From: Promethearchaeota archaeon
GTDB taxonomy: Archaea; Asgardarchaeota; Lokiarchaeia; Sigyniarchaeales; SOKP01
Direction of reading: 5' to 3'
Length of the DNA stretch: 22,259 bases
NCBI GenBank assembly: GCA_004524535.1
Contig: SDNY01000057.1
Location: forward strand, 1 to 22,259
Positions 8,592-17,927 of the stretch are shown piece by piece (the first letter of the stretch is position 1; every line of letters begins with the position of its first letter). The notes under the pieces were generated by a model. That model ran no database searches and was not told the DNA's origin. It saw only the letters and a list, made by a program, of their open reading frames with translations. The translations under genes and the position numbers were made by a program.

Positions 8592-9095
8592 ATGCAGATG
8601 GTCAATTTTGATTTTAAAAATGAAATTATAAAGGAAGATTTCTCTTTAAATTACTGTTATCAATGTGGAACTTGTTCCAGTATCTGTCCTGTTGCTTTTG
8701 CTTCTGAGGGTGAATATAATCCCCGAAAAATCATAGAAGAGTCACTAATGGGTCTTAAAAGTTTGTTAATAAAAGAACAAAAACCAAATATATGGTTATG
8801 CAGCACTTGCCAAATGTGCGTTGAAGAATGTCCCCAAGAAGTCTTTTTAACTGGGATATTTGAAAGTTTAAAGAATAAAATTGTACAAACGGGAGAAAAA
8901 TATCCTGAAGCATTTAAAGTGCAAGCAAAAGCGATAATAGATAATGGTGTTGCAATTTCACTTAGTCCTCCTATAATTCGAAGAAGAAAGGAATTAAAAC
9001 TTCCGAATGTGGAATCTGCTGATAGAATCGAATTGAAAAATTTGCTGAAGGCTACTAATTTTGAAAAAAAAATAAATATTAATGGAGATAGGTGA
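8592..9095 (+). CDS. hdrC: Heterodisulfide reductase subunit C
   Basis: CYQCGTCSSICP and WLCSTCQMCVEECPQ motifs; lies directly upstream of hdrB. Confidence 0.92.
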   Translation: MQMVNFDFKNEIIKEDFSLNYCYQCGTCSSICPVAFASEGEYNPRKIIEESLMGLKSLLIKEQKPNIWLCSTCQMCVEECPQEVFLTGIFESLKNKIVQTGEKYPEAFKVQAKAIIDNGVAISLSPPIIRRRKELKLPNVESADRIELKNLLKATNFEKKININGDR

Positions 9096-9100
9096 AATAA

Positions 9101-9970
9101 TTGACATATAAATATTTCTTGGGTTGTGTTATTCCAGGAAGACTTCCTTATCTAGAGGCTTCTGCTCGTAAGACATTTGAGAAATTAGGAATGAAAGTGG
9201 GTGATCAAGCGAATTATTCCTGTTGTCCTGATCCAACAGGTGCAGGACAATTAGATCATCTAACTTGGTTAGCTTTAGGAGCAAGAAACTTATGTCTCTT
9301 TGAAGAGAGTAATAGTAATATTTTAAGTCTTTGCTCTGGATGTACAGAAACGCTTAAAGCTGTTAAATATTCATTAGAAAAGGATAACAAATTAAAAGAA
9401 GAGATAAATTCTAAATTAAATTCAATTGGAAAGAAATATAAAGGAAATGTTGAAGTTAAGCACTTTGCTCAAGTATTATACGAAAATATCGATTCTATTA
9501 AAAAAAAGGTTAAAAAACCCTTAAAGGATCTCAAAGTTGCTAGCCATCCTGGTTGTCATTATCTTAGACCATCTGAAATTATGCAATGGGATGATCCCTT
9601 GGTACCTAAAACATTAGATGAATTAATTGAAGCAATTGGGGCAGATCCAGTAGATTATAGCTTAAAAATTGATTGTTGTGGCAATCCTGTAGAAAAATCG
9701 AATAAAGATATCTCCTTGTTAATGTTAGAAAATAAACTTAAAAGCATGAAAGATGCTGGAACGGATTGTATTGCTTGTGTTTGCCCAGCATGTTATCAAC
9801 AATTTGAATTCAATCAAAAAGAAGTAAATAAAAATAGTAATACAAATTATAACTTTCCTGTTTTTTATATAACTGAATTAATTGCTCTAGCATTTGGTAT
9901 GAATGCTGAGGAAATAGGATTAAAATATCATCGAGTTAAAACTGATGAGATTTTACAAAAAATATCTTAA
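9101..9970 (+). CDS. hdrB: Heterodisulfide reductase subunit B
   Basis: Two CCG domains (GC..SCCP..CSGC and GCH..CCG..CPAC). TTG start with GGTGA SD-like motif at 9091-9095. Confidence 0.93.
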   Translation: MTYKYFLGCVIPGRLPYLEASARKTFEKLGMKVGDQANYSCCPDPTGAGQLDHLTWLALGARNLCLFEESNSNILSLCSGCTETLKAVKYSLEKDNKLKEEINSKLNSIGKKYKGNVEVKHFAQVLYENIDSIKKKVKKPLKDLKVASHPGCHYLRPSEIMQWDDPLVPKTLDELIEAIGADPVDYSLKIDCCGNPVEKSNKDISLLMLENKLKSMKDAGTDCIACVCPACYQQFEFNQKEVNKNSNTNYNFPVFYITELIALAFGMNAEEIGLKYHRVKTDEILQKIS

Positions 9971-9990
9971 ATATTAATAGGTGTAGTTAC

Positions 9991-11286
9991 TTGGGAACAA
10001 ATAAAAAAAGTGTTATGGTTATTGGAGGAGGAATCGCGGGGATACAGGCCTCCCTAGACCTTGCTGAACAAGGAATTGAAGTAAAACTGATTGAAAAAAA
10101 TGCCTGCATAGGAGGAAGAATGGCACAGCTTGATAAAACATTTCCAACAAATGATTGCTCTATATGCATTTTGGCTCCAAAGCTCGCTGAATGTTTTCGA
10201 CATCCTAGCATTCAACTGTATACATTGTCAGAAGTGAAAGATATATCAGGGGAAGCAGGGAATTTTAAAGTGAAAATACTTAAAAAAGCGAGATATGTGA
10301 AGGAAGAGGAATGTATCAATTGCGGTACTTGTATAGAAAAATGTCCTATGAGGGTAGATGATGAATTTGATATGTTATTAAGAAAACGTAGAGCGATTTA
10401 CATTGATTATGTTCAAGGTGTCCCTTCAATTGTGACAATAGATAGGGATAATTGTTTATTTTTTACAAAGGGAGCTTGTAGAATTTGTGAGAAGGTTTGT
10501 GAAAGGGAAGCAATAGATTTTGAACAACAAGATGAGGAAGTTGAATTAAATGTGGGCTCTATTATTGTTGCTACTGGTTATGATATTTTTAATCCAGAAT
10601 ATATTGAAACTCTTGGATATGGACGATTTCCTAATGTTGTAACAGCTCTGGAGTTTGAAAGATTAATTTGTGCTTCAGGACCGCTAGGAGGGCATTTATT
10701 AAGACCCTCAGATAAAGCAGAACCGAAAAAACTTGCCTTTATTAATTGTGTAGGTTCAAGAGATATAAAAAATAATCCTTATTGTTCCTCATGTTGCTGT
10801 ATGTACACTACAAAAGAGGCAATGATTGCTTATGAACATGATAATGAACTCGAGACTTCGATCTTTTATATTGATCTTAGAGCTGCAGGAAAGGGATTTC
10901 GAGATTATATTGAAAGAGGGCACAATGAATACGCGATTAATTATATTAAAGGAAAAGTTGCTAAAATTTTACAAGATGAGGCGAATAATCCCGTAATTGT
11001 CTACGAAGATATAAATACCTCAAAAGTAAAACAAATTAAATTTGATTTAGTTATTTTAGCAACGAGTATGGTTCCAAAAAAAGATGCTTCAAAATTATCC
11101 AATATTTTAGGTGTAGAGTTAGATGAATATAATTTTTTTAAAGGGGGGTTCTATCATCCCCAAAAATCCTCCAAAGAAGGGATTTTTCTCTGTGGAGCAT
11201 GTAGAGAACCAATGGATATTCCAAATTCTGTAATTGATGGGAGTGGAGCAGCGGCTAAAGCTGCAGAAATAGTAATGAGGGAATAA
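9991..11286 (+). CDS. hdrA: HdrA-family flavoprotein, module A (FAD core with inserted 2x[4Fe-4S] domain; lacks the N-terminal CHCG and C-terminal ferredoxin domains)
   Basis: GGGIAG Rossmann motif, LDKTFPTNDCSIC, CINCGTCIEKCP, CRICEKVC, CVGSR..YCSSCCCMY and GIFLCG..PMDIP. TTG start with AGGTG upstream. Confidence 0.9.
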   Translation: MGTNKKSVMVIGGGIAGIQASLDLAEQGIEVKLIEKNACIGGRMAQLDKTFPTNDCSICILAPKLAECFRHPSIQLYTLSEVKDISGEAGNFKVKILKKARYVKEEECINCGTCIEKCPMRVDDEFDMLLRKRRAIYIDYVQGVPSIVTIDRDNCLFFTKGACRICEKVCEREAIDFEQQDEEVELNVGSIIVATGYDIFNPEYIETLGYGRFPNVVTALEFERLICASGPLGGHLLRPSDKAEPKKLAFINCVGSRDIKNNPYCSSCCCMYTTKEAMIAYEHDNELETSIFYIDLRAAGKGFRDYIERGHNEYAINYIKGKVAKILQDEANNPVIVYEDINTSKVKQIKFDLVILATSMVPKKDASKLSNILGVELDEYNFFKGGFYHPQKSSKEGIFLCGACREPMDIPNSVIDGSGAAAKAAEIVMRE

Positions 11287-11290
11287 TAAA

Positions 11291-12958
11291 ATGGTGGATG
11301 AAGAAGTCAAAATTGGAGTATTTATTTGTCATTGCGGTACAAATATCGGAGGTATTTTAGATGTTCCTAATATAACAGAATATGCAAAAACATTACCTCA
11401 TGTTGTTTATGCAGCTGATAACCTTTACACCTGTTCAGAAGTAGGATTAACGCAAATTAGAGAAAATATAAAAGAGCATAATTTAAATCGGGTTATTGTG
11501 GCTTCTTGCTCTCCCCGAACACATGAGCCCTTGTTTAGAGCAACATGCTTTGAAGCAGGTTTAAATCCTTATTTATTTGAAATGGTAAATATTAGAGATC
11601 AAGACTCATGGGTTCACATGAAAGAACCAGAGAGAGGTACAGAAAAGGCTAAAGATCTTATTAGAATGGGGGTATATAAGGCAGCATTATTAGAACCATT
11701 AGAAAAAATAAAAGTCTCTATAATTCCGTCCGCTTTAGTAATTGGGGGAGGCATCTCGGGAATGAATGCCGCGCTTAATTTAGCGAATCGAGGTTTTGAA
11801 GTAAATTTGATCGAAAAAGAACCCCATCTAGGAGGTTTAATTAGATCTCTTAATAAAACTTATCCTACAAATGAGGACGCATCAAAATTATTAGAAATAA
11901 CGAATTTAGTAGAAGAAAATAAAAAAATTAAAGTATTTAAATCTGCAATTATAGAAAATATAGATGGTTTTGTTGGAAATTATAAAACAACTATAGTTCA
12001 AAATGAAAATCTTACAAAAATTGAGTCTGGTATCATTATTGTAGCAACTGGGGCATCTCCTTTATCACCAGAGGGTTATTACAGTTATAATGGAAAAGAT
12101 ATTATTAGCCAGATGGAATTAGAACATTTATTAAAAAATAATTCAGTTTATGCGAATAATGTTATCATGATTCAGTGTGTTGGATGTAGGAATGAAGAGC
12201 GAAAATATTGTTCTAATATATGTTGCATGGGTGCTCTTAAAAATGCAATGTTAATTAAAGAAAAAAATCCCGATGCACATGTTAGTATCATATTTAGGGA
12301 TATTCAGACAAAGGGAACAACTTATGAGGCATATTATAGAAAGGCAAGGGAAAAGGGAATTCTTTTTATAAAATATTTACCTGAAAAACCCCCAGTTATT
12401 AAAAAAGATCATATTCAGGTTTATAATGAATTTTTAAATCACGAAATTAGCATATCATACGACCTTATTGTATTATCAATGCCTCTCATCGCTAATGATG
12501 ATTCTGAAACTTTGGCGAAAATGTTAAAAGTTCCTTTAGAAGTGAATGGTTTCTTTTTGGAGGCACATGTGAAATTAAGACCTGTTGATTTTGCCACTGA
12601 TGGAATTTATGTCTGTGGTTCAGCTCATTGGCCTGCAGATATTTCAGAATGCATTTCTCAATCAAATGCAGCCGCCTCTAGAGCTAGTACAATATTATCG
12701 AAAGATATGTTAGAGGTGGAGGGTTCCACTGCTGAGATTAACGAGGATCTTTGCGTGGGATGTGAAGCATGTATTAAACTTTGTCCTTACAGTGCCATAT
12801 CTAAAGACGAAGAGACAGACACTGTAATTGTCAATAAAGTAATCTGCAAAGGATGTGGTGTGTGTGGTGCGAGTTGTCCTCATCAAGCAATAACTATTCA
12901 CCATTTTACGGGTGATCAAATTCTTTCAGCAATAGTAACATATGGGGGTGAAGAATAA
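11291..12958 (+). CDS. hdrA: HdrA-family flavoprotein, module B (N-terminal CHCG domain, FAD core, C-terminal 2x[4Fe-4S]; no inserted ferredoxin)
   Basis: IGVFICHCG, YTCS, ASCSPRTHEP, GGGISG, YCSNICC, EAHVKLRP, CVGCEACIKLCP and CKGCGVCGASCP. Confidence 0.9.
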   Translation: MVDEEVKIGVFICHCGTNIGGILDVPNITEYAKTLPHVVYAADNLYTCSEVGLTQIRENIKEHNLNRVIVASCSPRTHEPLFRATCFEAGLNPYLFEMVNIRDQDSWVHMKEPERGTEKAKDLIRMGVYKAALLEPLEKIKVSIIPSALVIGGGISGMNAALNLANRGFEVNLIEKEPHLGGLIRSLNKTYPTNEDASKLLEITNLVEENKKIKVFKSAIIENIDGFVGNYKTTIVQNENLTKIESGIIIVATGASPLSPEGYYSYNGKDIISQMELEHLLKNNSVYANNVIMIQCVGCRNEERKYCSNICCMGALKNAMLIKEKNPDAHVSIIFRDIQTKGTTYEAYYRKAREKGILFIKYLPEKPPVIKKDHIQVYNEFLNHEISISYDLIVLSMPLIANDDSETLAKMLKVPLEVNGFFLEAHVKLRPVDFATDGIYVCGSAHWPADISECISQSNAAASRASTILSKDMLEVEGSTAEINEDLCVGCEACIKLCPYSAISKDEETDTVIVNKVICKGCGVCGASCPHQAITIHHFTGDQILSAIVTYGGEE

Positions 12959-13729
12959 ATGACATTTGAACCAAAAATTCTTGGTTTTTTATGTAATTGG
13001 TGCTCATATGCGGGAGCTGATTTAGCAGGAGTTAGTCGAATACAATATCCCACAAATATTAGAGTTATTAGAGTTATGTGCTCTGGAAGGGTTGATCCTG
13101 TGTTTATCGCAGAGGCTTTCATTGAAGGTATTGATGGAGTTATTATTTTAGGGTGCCATTTAGGGGATTGTCATTATATAAGCGGTAATTACGAAACTGA
13201 ATTAAAAATGAAAATGTTAAGTAAATTATTGAATTTTATCGATTTTTCTGACAGGATCCGTCTTGATTGGGTGTCTGCTGCAGAAGGTAATAGATTTGCT
13301 CAAATTGTTGGAGAATTTACTGAACATATTCGTAAATTGGGTCCAAACCCACTAAAAGAAAAGAAGAAGAAAATCGAAATACTTGATAATTTAAACACAA
13401 TTAAAGCAGTTTTATCAGACAGGAGACTCAGAGGTTTAGTTGCAAGACAAAGAGAATTAACTACAGAGGGAAATGTATATAATAAAGTGATCTCATCAGA
13501 AGAATTTGAGAAATTCTTCGATGATGCCATCCTAAATGAATTATTACGTCATAAAATCATGATAAAAATAAGAGAAAAGGGGAAATCCGTCCCTAATATT
13601 GCAAAAGAGATTGGTATAGAGCCCTATAAAGTTTTACAACATATTGTTACATTAAGGGCTCGAGGATGGGTTGATGTAGATGAAATAAATGAAGAAATTC
13701 CAACTTTTATTTCAATTAAAGAGGGATAA
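12959..13729 (+). CDS. mvhD: MvhD ([2Fe-2S] adaptor) with a ~125-aa C-terminal extension ending in a winged-helix-like domain
   Basis: FLCNWCSYAGAD, RVMCSGRVDP, GCHLGDCHY and WVSAAEG. The tail KSVPNIAKEIGIEPYKVLQHIVTLRARGWV resembles an HTH. Confidence 0.9.
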   Translation: MTFEPKILGFLCNWCSYAGADLAGVSRIQYPTNIRVIRVMCSGRVDPVFIAEAFIEGIDGVIILGCHLGDCHYISGNYETELKMKMLSKLLNFIDFSDRIRLDWVSAAEGNRFAQIVGEFTEHIRKLGPNPLKEKKKKIEILDNLNTIKAVLSDRRLRGLVARQRELTTEGNVYNKVISSEEFEKFFDDAILNELLRHKIMIKIREKGKSVPNIAKEIGIEPYKVLQHIVTLRARGWVDVDEINEEIPTFISIKEG

Positions 13730-13731
13730 AA

Positions 13732-16700
13732 ATGGAAAAAGTCGGTGCAGTTTTAGTAATAGGAGGAGGGATAGCAGGTATGCAGGCTTCAATGGATTTA
13801 GCTGATTCTGGTTATAAAGTTTATTTAGCTGAATCCACAATGAGTATTGGAGGTGTTATGTCCCAATTAGATAAAACTTTTCCAACCAACGATTGTGCAA
13901 TATGTATCCTCGCGCCAAAATTAGTCGCCACAGGACGACATGAAAATATAACGTTATTAATAAATACCAATGTTGAAAAGATTGAAGGAGAAGCAGGTAA
14001 TTTCTCAGTTGAATTTAAGCAAAAAACATTATTAATAGATCAAGAAAAATGTACTGGATGCGGTGTTTGTGCCCAGGAGTGTCCAGTAGAGGCAATAGAC
14101 TTCTTTAACGAAGGGCTTTCCAATAGATCAGCTATTTCCGTTAAGTTTCCTCAAGCTGTTCCTTTGGTTTTTTCTATAAATCAAGATATATGTATTGGAT
14201 GTGGATTTTGTAAAGCTGTGTGTAAAGCTAATGCTGTAGATTACACACTTGAGGATAAAATAACCAAGCTTAATGTAGGTGCTATAATAATAGCGCCTGG
14301 ATTTGATGAATATGACCCTAGTCCAACGGAACATTATGGTTATGGTAAATATTTAAATGTTGTTACCAGTATTCAATTTGAACGAATATTAAGTGCAAGT
14401 GGTCCGCACTCAGGGCTCATTCTTAGACCTTCCGATGGGATTATTCCTAAAAAAATCGCATTTATCCAATGTGTTGGGTCAAGAGATAAAACGCATGGTG
14501 CAGAATATTGTTCCTCTGTCTGTTGTATGTATACTGCTAAAGAAGCGGTAATAGCTAAAGAACATATGGATATTGTACATCCAACCATTTTTTCAATGGA
14601 TATTAGAGCTTGTGGGAAAGATTTTGATAAATATATTGAACGAGCTCAGCAAGAATATGGTGTTAGATATATTAGGAGTAGAATTTCTACAATTAAAGAG
14701 ATTCCTGAATCAAAAGACTTAAGACTTTATTATGAGAGTGAAGATGGAAAGGTGGTTGAGGAGATCTTTAACTTAGTAGTATTAGCAGTTGGAGCACAAC
14801 CACATCATAGCACTAAAGAATTGGCAGAGAAATTAAATATCGAATTGAATGAATATAATTTTTGTCAAACTAAACCGTTTTCTCCTATTGAAACAACTAA
14901 AGAAGGCATATATGTATGTGGTATGTTTTCAGAACCTAAAGATATTCCAGAAACTGTAGTTGAAGCGAGTGCTGCTGCTGGAGCAACAAATATTTTATTA
15001 TCTGATGTAAGAAATACCTTAATTACAGAAAAAGAACTTCCTAAAGAGATTGATATTAGTGGTGAACCACCCCGAATTGGTGTTTTTATTTGCCATTGTG
15101 GAATTAATATTGGAGGAGTTGTTGATGTCCCCGAGGTTGTTGAATATGCAAGTAAATTACCTGATGTAATTCATGCAGAAAGAAATTTATATACATGCTC
15201 GGCAGATACACAAACGAATATTAAAGAGAAAATAAAGGAGCATAATTTAAATAGAGTGATAGTTGCTTCATGCACACCAAGAACGCATGAACCACTATTT
15301 CAAGCAACTATTAGAGAGGCGGGATTAAATAAATACCTTTTTGATTTAGCGAATATTAGAGATCAGTGTTCTTGGGTACATATGCATGAACCAGAAAAGG
15401 CTACTGATAAAGCAAAAGACTTAGTCAGAATGGCGATCGCGAAGGCACGAAAGTTGGTTCCATTACAAGAGCAAGAAGTGGAAGTGATTCATAAAGGAAT
15501 GGTAATCGGAGGAGGAGTTGCAGGGATGACGGCAGCCTTAAATTTAGCAAATCAAGGATTTGAAGTATTTCTTGTTGAAAAAGATGATAAATTAGGAGGT
15601 TTTTCAAGAAATATCTATCAAACCATAGAAGGTTATGACGTTCAAGATTTTCTAAAGAATTTAATCCAGAAAATTAACGAACATAAACTTATTAATGTTT
15701 TTCTTTCTGCTAAAATCAATTCTATTGAAGGTTATGTTTGTAATTTCACCACAAACATAAGTTATGGTAAGGATAAACAATCAAAGGAATTTAGACATGG
15801 GATAATAATTTTAGCTACTGGTGCTCACGAATATAAACCAAAAGAAGGAGAATATCTCTTTATACAAGATAAAAGAGTTATATTGCAGTCTGAACTTGAA
15901 AAAATTCTTTTTACTGATGAAGAAAAAATTAAACAATTAAACTCATTAACAATGATTCAATGTGTAGGGTCAAGAAACGAAGAACATCCTTATTGTAGCA
16001 GAATGTGTTGCTCTGAGGCCATCAAAAACGCATTGAAGGCCAAGGAGATTAATCCAAATCTGAATATTGTTGTTTTATACAGGGATATTAGAACTTATGG
16101 ATTTAAAGAAAGATATTACAATTTAGCTAGAGAAAAAGGGATTGTTTTTATTAGATTTAAAGAAGATAAAATACCAGAAATTAGAAAAGAAAATGGAAGT
16201 TTAGCTTTATATATAAATAGACCTGATATAGGAGAAATTGAAATTAAGACTGATCTAATAGCTCTAAGCGCCGGTATTATTGCTGACGGAGAAGCTAATG
16301 AAGGTCTAGCAAAAATGCTAAAGGTCCCTATTAACGATGATAAATTCTTCTTAGAGGCTCATGTAAAGCTTAGGCCCTCAGATTTTGCTACTGATGGAAT
16401 ATTTTTATGTGGAACTGCCCGAGGAACTGCAACAATTAGTGAAAGTGTCGCACAAGCGTTATCCGCTTCCTCAAGAGCAACTACTATCCTTTCTAAAGAG
16501 ATTTTGATTACAGAAGGTGTTATTTCCAGAGTCGACCCCGCATTATGTATTGGTTGTAATCGATGTGCTGAAGTATGCAATTATGGTGCGGTGGGAGTAA
16601 AATACGAAGAAGGGAAAATGGTCTCAGAAGTAAATCCATTACTATGCAAAGGATGCGGAGATTGTGCTGCTGAATGTCCTGCTGAAGCAATTACGATGAG

Positions 16701-17190
16701 CCACTTTGGACGCGTTCAGATTGAGCCCATGATTGCAGAGGCAGCAAGGACTGAATTTGAAAACGGCCGCCCAAGATTAATTGCTTTCCTTTGTAATTGG
16801 TGTAGTTATGCGGGAGCGGATTTAGCGGGAGTTAGTCGATATCAATATCCTCCAAATGTGAGAACCATTAGAGTGATGTGCTCTGGAGGGATTCCAAAAA
16901 GCTTCATTTTGCAAGCTTTCTTAGAAGGAGCGGATGGAGTTTTTATTGGGGGATGCCATATAGGGGATTGCCATTATATAGCGGGAAATCATGATACATT
17001 AAGAAGGACTAATGAAATTGAATCAAAGCTTGAATCACTGGGTATTAATCCCGAAAGATTTATGCGTAAATGGGTATCTGCTAGTGAGGGTAAAATCTTT
17101 TCTGAGACTATAACAGAATTTACTAATAAAATAAAAAAATTAGGTCCGATCGAGTTAGATTATAAAAAAAAAAATCAAAAAAAAGAATAA
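13732..17190 (+). CDS. hdrA: Large HdrA-MvhD fusion (module A + module B + MvhD; two FAD-binding cores)
   Basis: Two GGGxAG motifs, LDKTFPTNDCAIC, an internal IGVFICHCG (~15076) and C-terminal ferredoxin motifs. An MvhD domain starts at ~16768 (FLCNWCSYAGAD, GCHIGDCHY). Confidence 0.93.
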   Translation: MEKVGAVLVIGGGIAGMQASMDLADSGYKVYLAESTMSIGGVMSQLDKTFPTNDCAICILAPKLVATGRHENITLLINTNVEKIEGEAGNFSVEFKQKTLLIDQEKCTGCGVCAQECPVEAIDFFNEGLSNRSAISVKFPQAVPLVFSINQDICIGCGFCKAVCKANAVDYTLEDKITKLNVGAIIIAPGFDEYDPSPTEHYGYGKYLNVVTSIQFERILSASGPHSGLILRPSDGIIPKKIAFIQCVGSRDKTHGAEYCSSVCCMYTAKEAVIAKEHMDIVHPTIFSMDIRACGKDFDKYIERAQQEYGVRYIRSRISTIKEIPESKDLRLYYESEDGKVVEEIFNLVVLAVGAQPHHSTKELAEKLNIELNEYNFCQTKPFSPIETTKEGIYVCGMFSEPKDIPETVVEASAAAGATNILLSDVRNTLITEKELPKEIDISGEPPRIGVFICHCGINIGGVVDVPEVVEYASKLPDVIHAERNLYTCSADTQTNIKEKIKEHNLNRVIVASCTPRTHEPLFQATIREAGLNKYLFDLANIRDQCSWVHMHEPEKATDKAKDLVRMAIAKARKLVPLQEQEVEVIHKGMVIGGGVAGMTAALNLANQGFEVFLVEKDDKLGGFSRNIYQTIEGYDVQDFLKNLIQKINEHKLINVFLSAKINSIEGYVCNFTTNISYGKDKQSKEFRHGIIILATGAHEYKPKEGEYLFIQDKRVILQSELEKILFTDEEKIKQLNSLTMIQCVGSRNEEHPYCSRMCCSEAIKNALKAKEINPNLNIVVLYRDIRTYGFKERYYNLAREKGIVFIRFKEDKIPEIRKENGSLALYINRPDIGEIEIKTDLIALSAGIIADGEANEGLAKMLKVPINDDKFFLEAHVKLRPSDFATDGIFLCGTARGTATISESVAQALSASSRATTILSKEILITEGVISRVDPALCIGCNRCAEVCNYGAVGVKYEEGKMVSEVNPLLCKGCGDCAAECPAEAITMSHFGRVQIEPMIAEAARTEFENGRPRLIAFLCNWCSYAGADLAGVSRYQYPPNVRTIRVMCSGGIPKSFILQAFLEGADGVFIGGCHIGDCHYIAGNHDTLRRTNEIESKLESLGINPERFMRKWVSASEGKIFSETITEFTNKIKKLGPIELDYKKKNQKKE

Positions 17191-17227
17191 AAAATATTGT
17201 ATAAAGAAAAAAGAGGAGTTATGTAAT

Positions 17228-17926
17228 ATGATTATTACAGAACAAAAAGATATTGAAGAAATTTATGAAATGATAAAACCTTATTCAAAAATATTAGTTG
17301 CTGGATGCGATGGTTGCTGTCAGCCTCCTCGTTCGATAAATGAGGCTAAAGTGCTAGCTCAGATGTTAGAATTGAAGGCAAGAAGCGAAGGAAAAGAACT
17401 AAAATGGAAAGCAATTACTGTTTTAAGGCAATGTGATGATAGAATTGTTGCTACCACAGTTAGACCATTTATAGAAGAATTTGACGTAATCGTATCACTT
17501 TCCTGTGGACTAGGTGTGGTAATGATGAATAAAGTATTTCCCAATATTCTTACATTTCCCGCTCAAAATAGTAAATTTGGGGGGGCAGAAAATAATGCAG
17601 AGAATCAATTCGTAGAATATTGCGAAACTTGTGGAGAATGTTTATTAGGAGTCACTGGGGGAGTTTGCCCTATGGCGGGGTGTGCTAAAAATCTTAGTAA
17701 TGGCCCATGTGGAGGGACCGTAGGAGGGAAATGTGAAGTTGGCGGATATACTCATGATTGTGCATGGGTTAAAATCTGGGAACGACTTAAAAAATTTAAT
17801 AGACTTGATCTTTTTACTCAATATAGACCCCCAAGAAATTATCGTTTATGGTCAAGCCCAAGATTTAAAGAAATAAATAAGACATATACCAACGTAGAAG
17901 AATCAAATAAGGAGGAGAAACAATAA
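17228..17926 (+). CDS. metV: Methylenetetrahydrofolate reductase small Fe-S/Zn subunit (MetV, MTHFR_C domain)
   Basis: GCDGC, RQCD, SCG, CETCGEC, GVCPMAGCAKNLSNGPCGG, KCEV and CAW; directly upstream of metF. Confidence 0.9.
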   Translation: MIITEQKDIEEIYEMIKPYSKILVAGCDGCCQPPRSINEAKVLAQMLELKARSEGKELKWKAITVLRQCDDRIVATTVRPFIEEFDVIVSLSCGLGVVMMNKVFPNILTFPAQNSKFGGAENNAENQFVEYCETCGECLLGVTGGVCPMAGCAKNLSNGPCGGTVGGKCEVGGYTHDCAWVKIWERLKKFNRLDLFTQYRPPRNYRLWSSPRFKEINKTYTNVEESNKEEKQ

Positions 17927-17927
17927 A

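Noticed and set aside
11281-11293. Frameshift or nonsense break of a single hdrA pseudogene
   Set aside because: The junction has tandem TAA stops, its own ATG with a purine-rich upstream stretch, and lacks the linker found in the fusion. This fits two genuine genes.
1972-15744. Cys where Gly might be expected (PEPCK QDCKY; HdrA fusion GYVCNF versus GFVGNY in the split copy)
   Set aside because: These are two isolated GGT/TGT single-base differences. They could be polymorphism or sequencing error and do not indicate recoding.
8592-17190. Selenocysteine recoding in HdrA or MvhD, which are known selenoproteins in some methanogens and Lokiarchaeia
   Set aside because: All relevant positions are Cys codons (DCSIC, DCAIC, CNWC, GCHxGDCHY) and the ORFs have no in-frame TGA. 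The TGA stops of hdrC, the frhB-like gene, MFS paralog 2 and the MBL hydrolase fall at plausible natural C-termini.
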